A stretch of DNA of 64,000 nucleotides, from positions 1 through 64,000 of the forward strand of contig JALMLS010000081.1 of the NCBI GenBank assembly GCA_038496445.1. Reading direction: 5' to 3'. A model generated the notes under the pieces. That model was not told the DNA's origin, ran no database searches, and worked only from the letters and a program-made list of their open reading frames with translations. The position numbers and the translations under genes are program-made. Source of the DNA: Trichosphaerium sp. ATCC 40318 (Eukaryota > Protista > Tubulinea). This document shows positions 36,380 to 49,485 of this stretch, piece by piece (the stretch's first letter is position 1; each line of letters opens with the position of its first letter).

Positions 36380-38332
36380 ATGGGGCATGAAATGGAGAAC
36401 TCCAACAGAGCAAAACAATATTCGGCGATCCCAGGACGACGATTAATTATTATGGCTCTAGCATTGTTTGTGTGCATTGCTAATATATGTACGCACAAAA
36501 ACAATGTGAATCGTGAATCTCGAATACCACGTAGTTTAAACCTTTTACTCCCAAAGTCACGGATAAGCTATACTTCCTTATATTTTGGCGTCTACGATGT
36601 TTTATAACGATGTTTAGACTTTTCGGGGGTATTATCGTCCACAACGCCTTTTATTGCCGCTACCGACGAAATAATAGAACCTTTAGACAAGTATTGCTAT
36701 ACCACGTTAATGAGTAAGTGAAAACTCGTTGCTATTCGTTTTTTTGTAACGTTCTTTGTTTTGTGCTTTAGCATCAAAGACGTATGTCATGTCAGCGGCT
36801 GTTATGATACATTCACTTAAACTACAGAACCCTAAGTACCCTATTATATTATTCATAACAGAAAATCTGGTAGACGAAGTACGGCAGGAAGGACTCTTTT
36901 TTTTTTCTTTTTTTTTTTTGTGATTTGATTCTTCTTTGTTCTTTTTTTTTTGACTTTGTGTTTTTTGATTCTTGTTTTAGCTTCCAGAAGAGTTTAAGGT
37001 ATTGCCTGATGAAATAAGGGTCATAGACCCATTCCATGTTAGCCATGAACTTGTTTCCCACTTTCTAAAAAAGCCTGTAAGTGCGGAACGACTTTATTCA
37101 GTTTAGACATTAGTTTTTTTTTTTGTTTTCAATTTACTCCACTTTAATGACAGGTTTATTTAGAAACAAGGATATCAAAATAGATTAGCTAAATTAAAGC
37201 TTTTCAAGATCATGAAAGGATACACCAAAGTATGTTTTATTGATGCTGATATGGTCATTACAAAAAACGTTGATGATATATTCACATATCCAACGCCGTC
37301 TGGTATGAACACCATCATACACTTACCTCCTATCTAACTATAGCTAGCCCACCTAGAGTACTGGGCAAATGAAAAGAAAGAAGATTGTAATACAGGTATG
37401 CTATGAATCAAGTTGACAAGAAAATACTGATCTATTTTTAACACAAGGTTTCTTCGTTTTTGAACCGAATGAGACAGTTTACAACCATCTCGAAAAAGTA
37501 GTCAGGGAGCACTTTATAGCAGAGCTTAACTTGACTATATGTTGTGATCAATGGGTACTCAATTATGCTTTTGTAGAACGTAATGATTCGTTAAGATGGA
37601 ATTTTTTGCCATGGTACGTTCATTTGATACATTAAGATGAAACGTGTTTGGTTCTTTACCTCATATCGTGTGACATTTTTATTTTGAAATTACTGCCTTT
37701 TATATTTTATCTTCTTACTCTGTTGATAACTTTTAAAACAGGGGTTATGTTGTTGATGGTAGAAACGTTAATTATCAACACAAAGAAAAATGGCTAGCTG
37801 ATACAAAGGTTTGGCATTTCCCTGGCCCCAAACCTTGGTTTTTATCAGTAAGTTACAGCTACTATGCTGTCTTTTATTTACAATTATACCCAAACAGCAG
37901 TTTTAGAGCTTTATCTTTAGAACACTTGAACTGGAAATGTAGTTTTCGAAAAGACTCAGCCAGATTCATCCTTTTTTCTGTTTCTTTTTTTTGGCCTCTG
38001 CATGTTTCCAAGGTGTCCTCTGTTGTACTTAAAATTATATATAGGGTGGTAGAAGGCGTATTCAATGGATACATTGGTTTCGTGCATATGACTTATTGGT
38101 AGAAGAGTATCCTGATCTTGTAAACAACAAAAAGTTTTTCTTTGCAAAACCATTATTTGAACCAAAACCAACACTTGATCAGAATGTCACATGGAGTCCT
38201 CGTCAACAAGACCATCTTCCTATTACATTTCAAGAATATTATAATAATATAAGACTAAAGATGTATATACCTAATAACGACTATCAAATGTACAATCACA
38301 AAAACAAAACTGAGTCGTCACCAAGCTTGTAA
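36380..38332 (+). CDS. GT8 glycosyltransferase, paralog 6
   Basis: ATG at 36380 (MGHEMENSNRAKQYSAIPGRR), FIDAD, CNTG, CCDQWVLNY, WHFPGPKPW. Confidence 0.85.
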
Positions 38333-38554
38333 GTAATCATTGTTTGGTAAACTGAAAATAAAGCTATGCTTCGTTTTTTACTATTTAACTTAGTCCTTTG
38401 TAATTTCACATAAGTGCACTGTGGTCCTTTTATACAAATACACATAGTGCGCTGTTGATAGCTTGTCTTTCCTCAAACGATTGCATATAAACCTGCGAAA
38501 AGCTATATATTCTTACACTTCTTAAGCTTGATTGTATGAACCAGAGAGCGCCTC

Positions 38555-38725
38555 AAGACCACCAGCGGTTGAGAAATTGTCTAAAGAAATAGTACGAACT
38601 GCTTTAATGCCAGTGTCTGTGACCACTGTACCGCTTAAATCTACCTTATATACTCCATATAACAGTATTCACCCGTTATAGTAGTGTAAGATAAATCAAA
38701 CTCCAGCAAGACATTGAATTGCTTT
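38555..38725 (-). pseudogene. LRR remnant
   Basis: GVYKVDLSGTVVTDTGIKAV on the minus strand at ~38590-38660, flanked by frameshifts. Confidence 0.55.
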
Positions 38726-39016
38726 TGGAGAATACATTTTGTTGTTTCAGAAACTGTCACGCACTTCTTGTCACGCCACAGTGTAGTCTTGGTCAAAAGT
38801 GTTCAAAAGAGCAAATTTTGAAGGTAATTGTACACGTGAATAATTGGTGGTACCACGTGATAATATGAGGTACTTTACGGAGAGTTTGGTACACACAAAT
38901 TCACGTAACTTATTTCATTCTTCTTGTACTTCACATAGAGCTTACACTGAGGAGTAAGTGAACAAACGGTTAAAGAAACGTAAATATATTGCCATCAAAG
39001 CAAACCATAAACAAAA

Positions 39017-40171
39017 ATGCTCGCAAAACACACAATCGCGTTAATATCGTATTACGCTGTACTTGGGTTCATTCTATTTGATTTTTCATCAGCTCAAATA
39101 CCAGAAAGCATCATTAGCGCTCAAAGAGTTTTAAACGAGCTTGTACTATCACAACGAGATCTAGATTTTACCAACGGTACGATAAACAGTAATTGTTTTT
39201 TTACTACATTAAAAGTTAATCCCAATTAGAACGGTTGTTTGATTTCTCTGAGACAATATCTATTGTGGGAACTGTAGGCACCGCAGGTATATTTAACCGT
39301 AAAGCAGATGCTACAAAAGTCAATCACGTGTGAAATAAACTTGATACTAACATCGTAATAGTTCCTTCTCTTGATGGCTCCATGATACTTACTTTTGGAT
39401 CTGATCCTTCAGTTTCAATCATCGATGTGGCAGGAGATACTATTCTTTGTTCAAGTACTGCAATGGATGCACCTGTAAGCCAACGTGGTGGAAACTTCAT
39501 CGACGAGGACAACTTTGTTGTATTGGACCTTGACGGTTTTACATTTCTTCGCTACGCTATTGATGTAACTCCTGGTGGTACTTGTATTGGGGATAGGACA
39601 GAGTTGTGTGCTCTTGACTTTCCAAGTATGAGGCAAATTGATACATGTACGAACGCATTCTTTTTTGCAATTTAAGGTATTTAATTAATGACGGCTATTC
39701 TCTAGTTGAGGTTGATGGTCCCACGACATACTTAGCAACACGTCAAACTAATAACCAAGTAACTATATTTTCATTCGATACTTCTTTGCTTGTTGAAGGA
39801 CCATGTCAGATAACTACAGGCAGCTTGACAACATTGACTACTTATCCCGGCTTCACACATTCGCTTACACGCATAAGTGATACATTACTTGGTGCATATG
39901 GATCCAATGGACAAGTTACTCATATCAACAAGGTTGATGGTACGCTTTTTTTATGTAGTTTTATTTTATAGTACCTATTGTATTTTGTGTACTTACTCCT
40001 TATTTGTTAATTACAAAAACTGACTTTGTTTGTATGCTAGGTACTCAAACTAGTGTCGGTACCTTTACAGGTAGTGCGGGTGTAATGTTCAGTTATTATC
40101 CTGGACTACAACCCCCTCCTCCAATATACAGTAATGGTCGGATGCCTTGTGTAAGAAGGCTTTCAATGTAA
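39017..40171 (+). CDS. Secreted beta-strand-rich (propeller-like) protein, copy A, ~5 exons
   Basis: Signal peptide MLAKHTIALISYYAVLGFILFDFSSAQ; Cys-containing beta repeats; ends PPPIYSNGRMPCVRRLSM. Confidence 0.65.
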
Positions 40172-40904
40172 TCAGTAAAAAATTTCAGGGTTGCTAAAAA
40201 GCAAGAATATAAATAAAACTTGCCTCAGTTGGTATCCATGTTGTTCTACCCAAAGTTTACCAATCCACCTCAAAATCATTTTCGCTTACAATTGTATTTT
40301 TAATGTCTTGTTTCACTACTGAATACCTTTTCAGTGTACAGATGAGCGAATGAGAAATTAACTAGTGGATGGTATTGTACTGTAGGCTTGGTTCTGGCAG
40401 ACACCCAGTTACTGCACGTGTTTCAGCTAGAGTAAGACTCTGAAACGATTACCAGCCAGCTCTTATTCCTGATTCAGTAACTGAGATTGATTGTCAACAC
40501 TTTGATACACTTACCAATCACGTTGTTTGAATATTTTCAATACATCAGGCCAAACTATTCAACAAACATTTTCATATCACATTGTGTACAACACTGTTTT
40601 TGCTTCCCAATGGTAGTTACATTACTTATGGCAAGTGTCTCAATAATCGAGATATCTCAGGGATGATCGCCTAAGAATCCGGCTAGACAAAACTTTCACG
40701 CACTTCTCGTCACGCCACAGTGCAGTCTTGGTCAAGAGTTTTCAAAAGAGCAAATTTTGAAGGTAAATGTACACGTGAATAATTGGTGGCACCACGTGAT
40801 AATACGGTACTCTACGGAGAGTTTATTTCTTTTACTTCACACGAGAGCTTACACTGAGGAACAAACTTTGGTTGCTAAAGCCAAACACAAAGTCATAAAC
40901 AAAA

Positions 40905-42030
40905 ATGCTCGCAAAACACACAATCGCGTTAATATCATATTACGCTGTACTTGGCTTCATTCTATTTGATTTTTCATCAGCTCAAATACCAGAGAGCATC
41001 ATTAGCACTGAAAGAGTCTTAAACGAGCTTGTACTATCACAACGAGATCTAGATTTTACCAATGGTACGAGAAGCACTTTTTGTTAATTAGTTTTTACTC
41101 CATTGTCCGTTAATCCTTATTAGAAATGGTGTTTGATTCCATTTCCGGTCCAATATTTTTTCTGGGAAGTGTAGCCACCGCAGGTATTATTTAACCTTAG
41201 AGCAGATGCTACAAAAGTCAATCACGTGTGAAATAAACTTGATACTAACATCGTAATAGTTCCTTCTCTTGATGGCTCCATGATACTTACTTTTGGATCC
41301 TCGGGTTCTGTTTCAATCGATGATGTGGTAGGAGGTGGTAATTTGTGTACAGGCGATGTAGTGGAGGCTTTAAATCCTTATAGTGGAAACTTCATTGACG
41401 AAGAAAACTTTATTATCTTAGACGTTAGTGATGATTTGACATTTCTTCGCTACACTATTGACATAAATCTTGTTGGTACTTGTATTAAAGATAAGACAGA
41501 GTTGTGTGCTCTTGACTTTCTAAGTGCAAGCCCAATTGCTGCATGTACGAACTCCAAACAAAATTAAGTCTGACACAATTCTCTAGTTGAGATTGATGGT
41601 CCCACGACATATATAGCAACACGTCAATCTAATAACCTAGTAACAATATTATCATTTGATACTTCTTTGCTTGTTGAAGGACCATGTCAGATAACTGCAG
41701 GCAGCTTGACAACATTGACTACTATAACTAGCTTCACATTTGTAACTTCTCTTATACGTATAAGTGATACAGTACTAGCTATCTTTTCAACCTCCGACGT
41801 TGTATACGTTAACAAAGTTGATGGTACGCTCTCTAAAAGAGTAGTTTTATTTTTGTAGTAACTCTATTTCAAAAACTGACTCTTTGTTTGTTATGCTAGG
41901 TACTCAAACTAGTGTTGGTACCTTTACAGGCAGTTTTGGTGTATCATTCAGTTATTATCCTGGAATACAACCTCCTCCTCCAATATACAGTAATGGTCGG
42001 ATGCCTTGTGTAAGAAGGCTTTCAATGTGA
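40905..42030 (+). CDS. Secreted beta-strand-rich protein, tandem copy B
   Basis: Same signal peptide, intron positions and C-terminus as copy A; duplication unit ~38755-40180 vs ~40695-42035. Confidence 0.65.
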
Positions 42031-42249
42031 TTGGTAAAGAAATACTCGGTTGTCGGGTTAATCTAAAAAATACCATAATATAAATAAAACTATCTTTGTC
42101 GTTTTCTGTATGGTTTTTTGGAAGGTTATGAATCCAGTAGATTAAGTATGTAACTCGTGTATATTGAGTTAAATCTCTTATTATATGACCGTATTACTTA
42201 AAAATAAGTGTATCTTTTAGCGAAGTAACTTTGTTTTTACACAGACTTT

Positions 42250-44460
42250 CGACTTTGGATTTGTCAATCAACCTGTAAGTGTCGTATCCGTGTATTCATG
42301 GACAACAATAACGATGGTATACAAGACGGTGGTGAGGCATACATACCAGGAAGAGCAATTGTGGTCACCCTTCCAATGACATCACTCCTGTTACCACTGA
42401 TGCCACTGACATGAACGACGAATACTCTTTCAATTCCGATGATGGCGCCAAATACAGATACACCATCTGTTGAACTTGGCTCTCTTGACCTTCCTGCTCA
42501 AACATGAATGGGCACTGCTGCCACCGAGTCAGATGGTACAATAACTACCTTTTACTTTGACGGCAATGGCACTTTTGATTGTGCTTCATGTGCTGATATC
42601 ACTCCAACTGCTGGTACTGACCAACAATCGATTTTGTATCATCGCTGGTGACCTCGTCTTTACCGACTCTGATAATGATGGTCTTTCAACTGGCAAAACT
42701 GGTATCAACGGTGTACTTGTTATTGATCTAAGGTGGAGCTGTTGTTGCAACAGATACGACAGATATGAGTTGTATCTGTGGCTTTGATGAAACCGATGAC
42801 CTCGAGCCTGATACGCCCTCAACTTGTTAGGGGAATAAGTACTTACCACTGTATTTTAAGGTGGAGACATGCCTGTTGTAAACAGAGACGTATCAATCAC
42901 AGAAACAGGAAACGGCATGGTTATCGATAGAGAGACTACTGACAACATGGGCATGTACTCTTTTGATACTGCTGATGGCGTTATGCCTTCAACTCAGTAC
43001 ATGATCTGTACTTCTTTTGAGCACTGAAGCACCTGCTTTACGGCTGATGTTGGAGACGAAGCCTCGACTGTGGATCTATTCAAATGTTCAACGTTGATGG
43101 TGATGGCATGGACGATCATGCTTCATGTGTTGATATTGTACGCCTTTGACTTTGTTGAGCTCAATTTGTTGCTAATTACTTTCTTCAGATGAGTCAAGCA
43201 CTCAGACCTTGACAACGATTTTGGTATTGATGCACCAGCTCAATTCATCGGTGATTTCTTCGTTGATGTTCAAGGACTATTTGTTACGATGAATCGCTGT
43301 CCTTTTGCTTACTACCCTGTTTATAGATTGAGGAGCTATCCAATCAATAGTAGTACTTCTCATACTTTCGATTCAACAGATGTTGAAGTTGCCAACACAA
43401 TGACCAACGCAAAGGGCAACTACATGTTTATAATATGGACTGTGCTCAAATACCAACAAACCAAGATCTGATCACTGCCAACTCTGTTGGCGACAACACT
43501 ATCAGATCTTGGTTTGTTGGTATTGCCTCTGATGGTTCTGAAACAATGATTGATCTTGATGGTGATGGCATGGACGATCGTGCTTCATGTGTTAATATTG
43601 TAAGTTTTTTTTTAATTTGGTTCAGACATGAAAATACACTTTCGATGAAACATGTGGTCTAATACCAAACACGGATTACACCATCTGTATTGAACTTGGA
43701 GCTCTTGAACTCCCTGCTCAAACAGGAATGGGCACTGCAGGCACCGATTCAGATGGTACAATAACTACCTTTGACTTTGCTGGCGATGGCACTCCTGAGC
43801 GCCTCATGTTCTCCAAACAGAGGTACAGACGATACAATCGACTTTGGTACTGTTTCAGCTGGAGATTCGTCTTTACCGACTCTGAAAATGACGGTCTCTC
43901 AATTGGAAACTGGTATCAATAGTGTACTTGTTATTGATCTAAGGTGGAGCTGTTATTGCAACGGATACGACTGACATGAGTTGTATCTACGGTTTTGATT
44001 AAACAGATGGCCTTGAACAGACACGATTTACACCATCTGCGCTCAAGTTCCAGCAAATACAGACATAACTACCACTGGAGCTGGTATGGACAACACCATC
44101 GACTCTGAACGTATGGTCGATATGGTGGTATGGCTGAACGTGTATCCTGTGTTGACTTTGTGTGTTTCTCCGTTGTGCATATTTTTCTTTTTACTCATGC
44201 TTCCTGTTCTTTAGACCTCACCTTCAATCAACATGATGAACCCTGACTATGATTTCGGATTTGTACCTTTAACTGTCAACATTGGAGACTTTGTCTTCTT
44301 TGACTTGGATGATGACTTGAGTTAGTACTTATCGCTGTATTTTAAGGTGGTGGATACATGCCTGTTGTAAACATAGACGTATCAATCACAGAAACAGGCA
44401 ACGCCATGGTTATCGATAGAGACTATAAACAACATGGGCATGTACCCTTTAGATACTACC
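42250..44460 (+). pseudogene. Decayed SdrD B-like / Cna-B repeat surface-protein gene
   Basis: Fragments VFMDNNNDGIQDGGEAYIPG, AGDLVFTDSDNDGLSTGKTGINGVLV, TTDNMGMYSF, NPDYDFGFVPLTVNIGDFVFFDLDDD. Many stops and frameshifts; internal duplications 42455-42810 ~ 43676-44010 and 42836-42970 ~ 44322-44458. Confidence 0.65.
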
Positions 44461-45771
44461 AAGATAATCTTTCGCCTCTTGTTTGAAAAAAAACTACCCA
44501 AGATAATCTCAAACGTCACGTGAAAAAAAAATAGATAAGAAAAAAAGAGTACCCTAGAATCAACTCTGAACTGCGAATCTTTGATGCATTCAACTATCAT
44601 GTTACCATTAATTTTGTTTACTTTTAAGATATGAACTCCTTCAGCGCATCTACTACCAAAAAAATTAGACCTTGATCTACAAATTACCGTGGAGTTCGCA
44701 CTCGAAGTGACGACTTCAAAGTCATGTACGTTATCCCAGTACTGTTTCTCATGGCATAAAACAGTGTTAACTAATAGATCTAATAAGTTGTTACTATAAC
44801 CCTTTGTATCTTACCAATGAGTGCGAGCTTCCACAGCGTTGTTATATTTGTTTTGAACTTTTCTGCTCAAAAATAAAGGCTTAATGTATTAAGTGTATAT
44901 CACATCATAGCTCCACGTGTGTCGTTGTTTGGTTTATGTGATACCCAAACAAAATAATACGGATACTACAAAATTATCTAGGATATCGGGGAAACTCGGA
45001 CAATCTACAAGATTTACATTGTTTTTTCTCTGAAAAATCTTGGTTCAGTGCACCAATAAACTGCTATCCTCAAATGATTCGCAGATACTGGTATGCCTTC
45101 TAGACGGCGTTACATCGTCTGAGGTTATAGCTATAGGTTATAGGTACGTTAATTGACGAATACGAGTGCCTTGTATGCTTTTAGTTGGATTGTAAAACAA
45201 TCCAAGATTACAGAACTCGCTACGTACTTGGGTATGCCTTATTTTGATACTGATTGAGAGAAGCCAGAGAATACTTAAAAAACAATGCGTGGACACATCA
45301 TGATAGACTCGTTAACAACTGTAAAAGTAGAAATCGCCCTTCTGCTGGACGGACAGAAGGAGCAGCTAGGCGTTGTAAGCATGTTGTATTTGAAAGAGAA
45401 AAATGAGAAGTTGAATTTATTGACGCAACGTTCCAAATCACGTGTACTTTTTTACAAAGTAATTTTGATTTTCGATACCACTAGGAGTGAGTAACAATCG
45501 TGGATATGCAATAATGGTTTGGTTCGTTTATCTTGTATTTGTATAATGAATAGTGAATTTTATTTGACGACTGAATCTTAGTTGGAAGAATGGCGTAAAA
45601 TATGCATGTGGAAACCATTATGCAAGTTGTGCGTGCGCCTGATGATACATACATGTTAGTTAATTGCATTGATAAAATTACTTGAACACACAATCTACTA
45701 CGACACTGTTGAGTTGTGACATTCGGCGCTTTATTATATGAAATGACAATAACTCTCCAGGGCATAATGAT

Positions 45772-47469
45772 CTTAGAATACTACTTCTTTGCCTGATACA
45801 CCTCCACACATTGCAATGTTATCTGTAGACGCGTGGTTCATACCAAACTCAGGTGTGTGATACCTACAAAATTGAGTCAAAACGTGCCAATTTTCTGCTC
45901 GTTTTTTTTCCTTACTTTTCACAATTTTGGAACCATCCAGACGGATACCAGCTTATATAGATTGGTACTTGGCGACCATCACTTCCTTTAAAATTTGTTT
46001 TTGGATCAATACAATTATCTGTCAGTTTCAATAGCTCGTTGGTAAGTGCCCTAAACATAAAAGTCAGTCACGTACACAGCGAAAAAAAAAACGAGAATTC
46101 AGTGCTTTTTTTTTTGTTGGAGTTGTTGTTTGTTCATCTCATAAAACGCTTACTTGTTAGAATCCAGTTGGGATATACGCCATAGATACTTATGGTGGTC
46201 ATTAAAAGGTATTCTAGCTACTATTCCGCCTTTGATATGGTTGACATAATCAGCTGCTAAGTGAATAAAAGCCTGCGTTTGTGTGATTTGGTTTTTGAAA
46301 GCACTTCTTATGAGTCCTTGGAGCAACTCACGTTCACCCGTATTATCTGATTTAATAGTACTAGGTAGCTTGTGCTTTTTCCAAAAAGCTTTTATGTACG
46401 CCCAAAGGCCATTATTTAAACCTTCACTTGCATCAGGGTACGACAACGCCTAATTCTATTTTAGCATAAACTGTTGTTGGATATCAATTTCTTGTTTTTT
46501 CTCAAAATTAAAATTGAGCGTAATACTAACACTTGTTGCACTACTTTCTTCAAAAATGATGAGCTACAAAACAAGCTGTCTTGTGCTACAAAAGGGCGCC
46601 AAAACGAGTGAATTATAACACGCCAACACAACGAATTTTTTAAAGTACAACACCATTACAAGGCGCGCAATAGCTTCATTATTATCGGTTTAATTTCAAT
46701 TGAAAAGTGGTAGATAGCAGCAACAATTAAAGTACTATTCTTGGAGTATCACGTGCCTTAGTTGCAATAAAATTCTTCCAAGATATAGACCCCAAAGTAC
46801 TATTTGAACCTGGTTCGGTAGCGAGTTGAATACCGTCGTTTATAAGATCAATAGCGAAAGCGATTTCAGACCCAACGTCAGGAAGGACTTCAATAAGTTT
46901 CAAAAAGATTTTGAAAATAAGACCGAAAGGATTCTCTGATGGCGAAGGATCTCTCTCTGACATAATAGATTGAAAAGCTATTAAATTAGCCACATCTTGC
47001 TTGTACGCATTCTCAAAAGGTACACTAAAGTACGTAAGCACATCATTCAAAAGGACCACGACGTGGCAGTAAGAAAATCAAAAAACAAACATGACGTTTC
47101 CAAAGAAACATCAACACGTGCTTTTGTTGCTTTTTTTAAAGAGAAAGGGAGAAGACGCACAGGAAAAAGGTGTTGAAAAATTCTACAGCGCCAAAGTCTT
47201 GCTTTGTATGCATCTCGCTGAGAACGCGATACAGAGTATCATTATTAAGCTTTTGCTCAGCTTTAATCATACTTGAAGTATTAGAACAAGTGGCAGGACC
47301 AGGCCATGCATGTCCGCCTAGTTGATCAATGCGCGCTTTAAAACAAAAATTATTAGTTTATCTTTAATTTGCACCCAAACGTTTCAGAACACGTGTTCCA
47401 TTACAACGCACCTGAAAACACACAAGGTACGAGAACGCAGACAACTAGTATGAGAAGTGCTCCCGTCAT
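45772..47469 (-). CDS. Multi-exon secreted protein of unknown function (helical)
   Basis: Signal peptide MTGALLILVVCVLVPCVFS|GTGCGT. Open exons at ~47170-47337, 46740-47065 and 46152-46448; 3' end approximate. Confidence 0.55.
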
Positions 47470-48871
47470 TGTGAGGTGGGTAGCAGAATGTGAATTACGG
47501 AAGCAGACCACCCAAAATCCACAAAATGTGTACCAAAATCCACGTGCGGTGATACAGAAGAACATTGTGACAGATAAAAGTATGACTGCTAAAAACTCAG
47601 CTATGAAGTCATGCTACTATATCTCCTACTTACAAAGTATTAAACACTAGAAAGATTTGAGTGCACACTCACAATACTGTCCAAATAGCGAAAGGACAAC
47701 GAGAAGCATTTCATAAAACTGATGACAAGAAAGAAAACAAATAATGACGGTACAAATTAGTATTTTAACGGCGTTTATAATTCTATTCTATTCTATTTTC
47801 GTGGTCATTCCATTTTGGTCTTGCTTCAAGGAGCTCCATTTCGAGTCTGGCTTAAAGCAGGCAACGGAATTGACTTAAGTCAGTTGGTACATGTACATCC
47901 AGCTGACTATGTTTTGTATGTAAGTTACAATTCGATATGCGGGATAGTTTGTTACTTAAGTTAGTTTCCAGTGTAACAACTTCGGTGAGTAGCAGTTCTA
48001 TTAATATCAGACGATAGAAAAAGCTGTATTTTAATATAATTTATTAATACTGTATTAATAATGTAATTTATTGATTTGTACAAGATCAATCCAATAAATG
48101 GGATGGGTCTCTGGCTACGTTGATCCAAGTAGGTCCCATCCGAGAGGCAGAGTCTCTCCTCCAATATTGAATCTAACAAACAGAACTAAAAAATGAGTCT
48201 TGACAATCAAGGGTGCATTTTGATTTCAGTACAAATGGCTAGTGTAAAACGTACAAATCATTTATACGGTCCATTTATTGCAGTCTTTACAATCAAGAAA
48301 AAAGAAAAAACTTTCCAACGAATACTCAAAGTGTTGGAGTTCCCCAAATGAATTTTGATGCTCCTCTGTCATTTTGTATTGCTTTAAATCCACTTATACA
48401 ATACCTTCCCTCTAGTTCGATATACTTAAGTTTTAGCTCCTTAACAGCATTGCTATAGCTAGGCCTTAGTACAGGTTTGGAGTTTCTTCACTTTGAGGTT
48501 TCATATTCTATTTTCGACTGTTTTGTGTTCAAGAATGTACGAGACTCCTGACCTTGTCTCATTTAACACAAACTTGTACCTTATAAATTTATCGCAATTA
48601 TATGGTAGCCTATGACTCTGTTTGGTCCTTTAATACTCTAGGTTGTGTAGCACATGCCTAAGAAAAGCAGTTCGTCTAAATTAGCTTTTTCTGTTACAAA
48701 AGTAGCAGAAACTCTGTTGTGCCTATAACGTTAGCTGCCAGTTTCCTTCCCTAACCTAAGTAACTAAAGCGTATTAATTTGGTACCTCATGTAATGACCT
48801 AAATGAGCCAATTAGGTACCAGGAAGTCCTTTTAAAGTCAAACATAAGTTTAAAGCTTAAACTCAACAACA

Positions 48872-49192
48872 ATGCAACTATTCCAATTGGTGTTGGTTCT
48901 AGCACTCCTTTTCGTTGCCGCAAATGCCTACAGGATTAACTGGGATAGCTTTAAACAGCCTGGTTACGCAGACAAGCAATGTAGGTATTTGCTAAGCACG
49001 CGCTTTGCGAAGTATTTCAACAACATCTGCAGAAGAGTGCGCAATGAGCAAACACCAACCCGTGAAGACTTCAGAGGTCCACTTACCTTTACTGAACGAA
49101 ATATTTTGCCAGGTTTTTTTCACTTGCTTGCGACGGACAACTCCCAATCAGTAGCAAGTGACTTTCCAGCCTACCCTCATTTAGAACTCTAA
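48872..49192 (+). CDS. Small secreted protein (106 aa)
   Basis: Signal peptide MQLFQLVLVLALLFVAANA; A-rich Kozak-like context. Confidence 0.6.
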   Translation: MQLFQLVLVLALLFVAANAYRINWDSFKQPGYADKQCRYLLSTRFAKYFNNICRRVRNEQTPTREDFRGPLTFTERNILPGFFHLLATDNSQSVASDFPAYPHLEL

Positions 49193-49485
49193 AAGGATAC
49201 ATCAATAGGCTATAGCTTGTGTACACGCAACTATCTAGGTGAATGCTAGCAATAAGTCATGCGTTCGTAGATTAAGCCACTTTTTTCACGCTTTTCCTCG
49301 CTCGGTAAATCACAGCGTATTACCTGTCTATCAACTATGTGCTGCCACCATAGCTTCACCATGAATATTATTAGATAATTAAAACCGAGCTAGAGCGAGA
49401 TCACGTGATAAGTTAGAGACAGCATGTTCCAGCGCGAGATAATTAAGGATTTTAAAGGAGCAAACCATCAAAACAACAAACCAAG

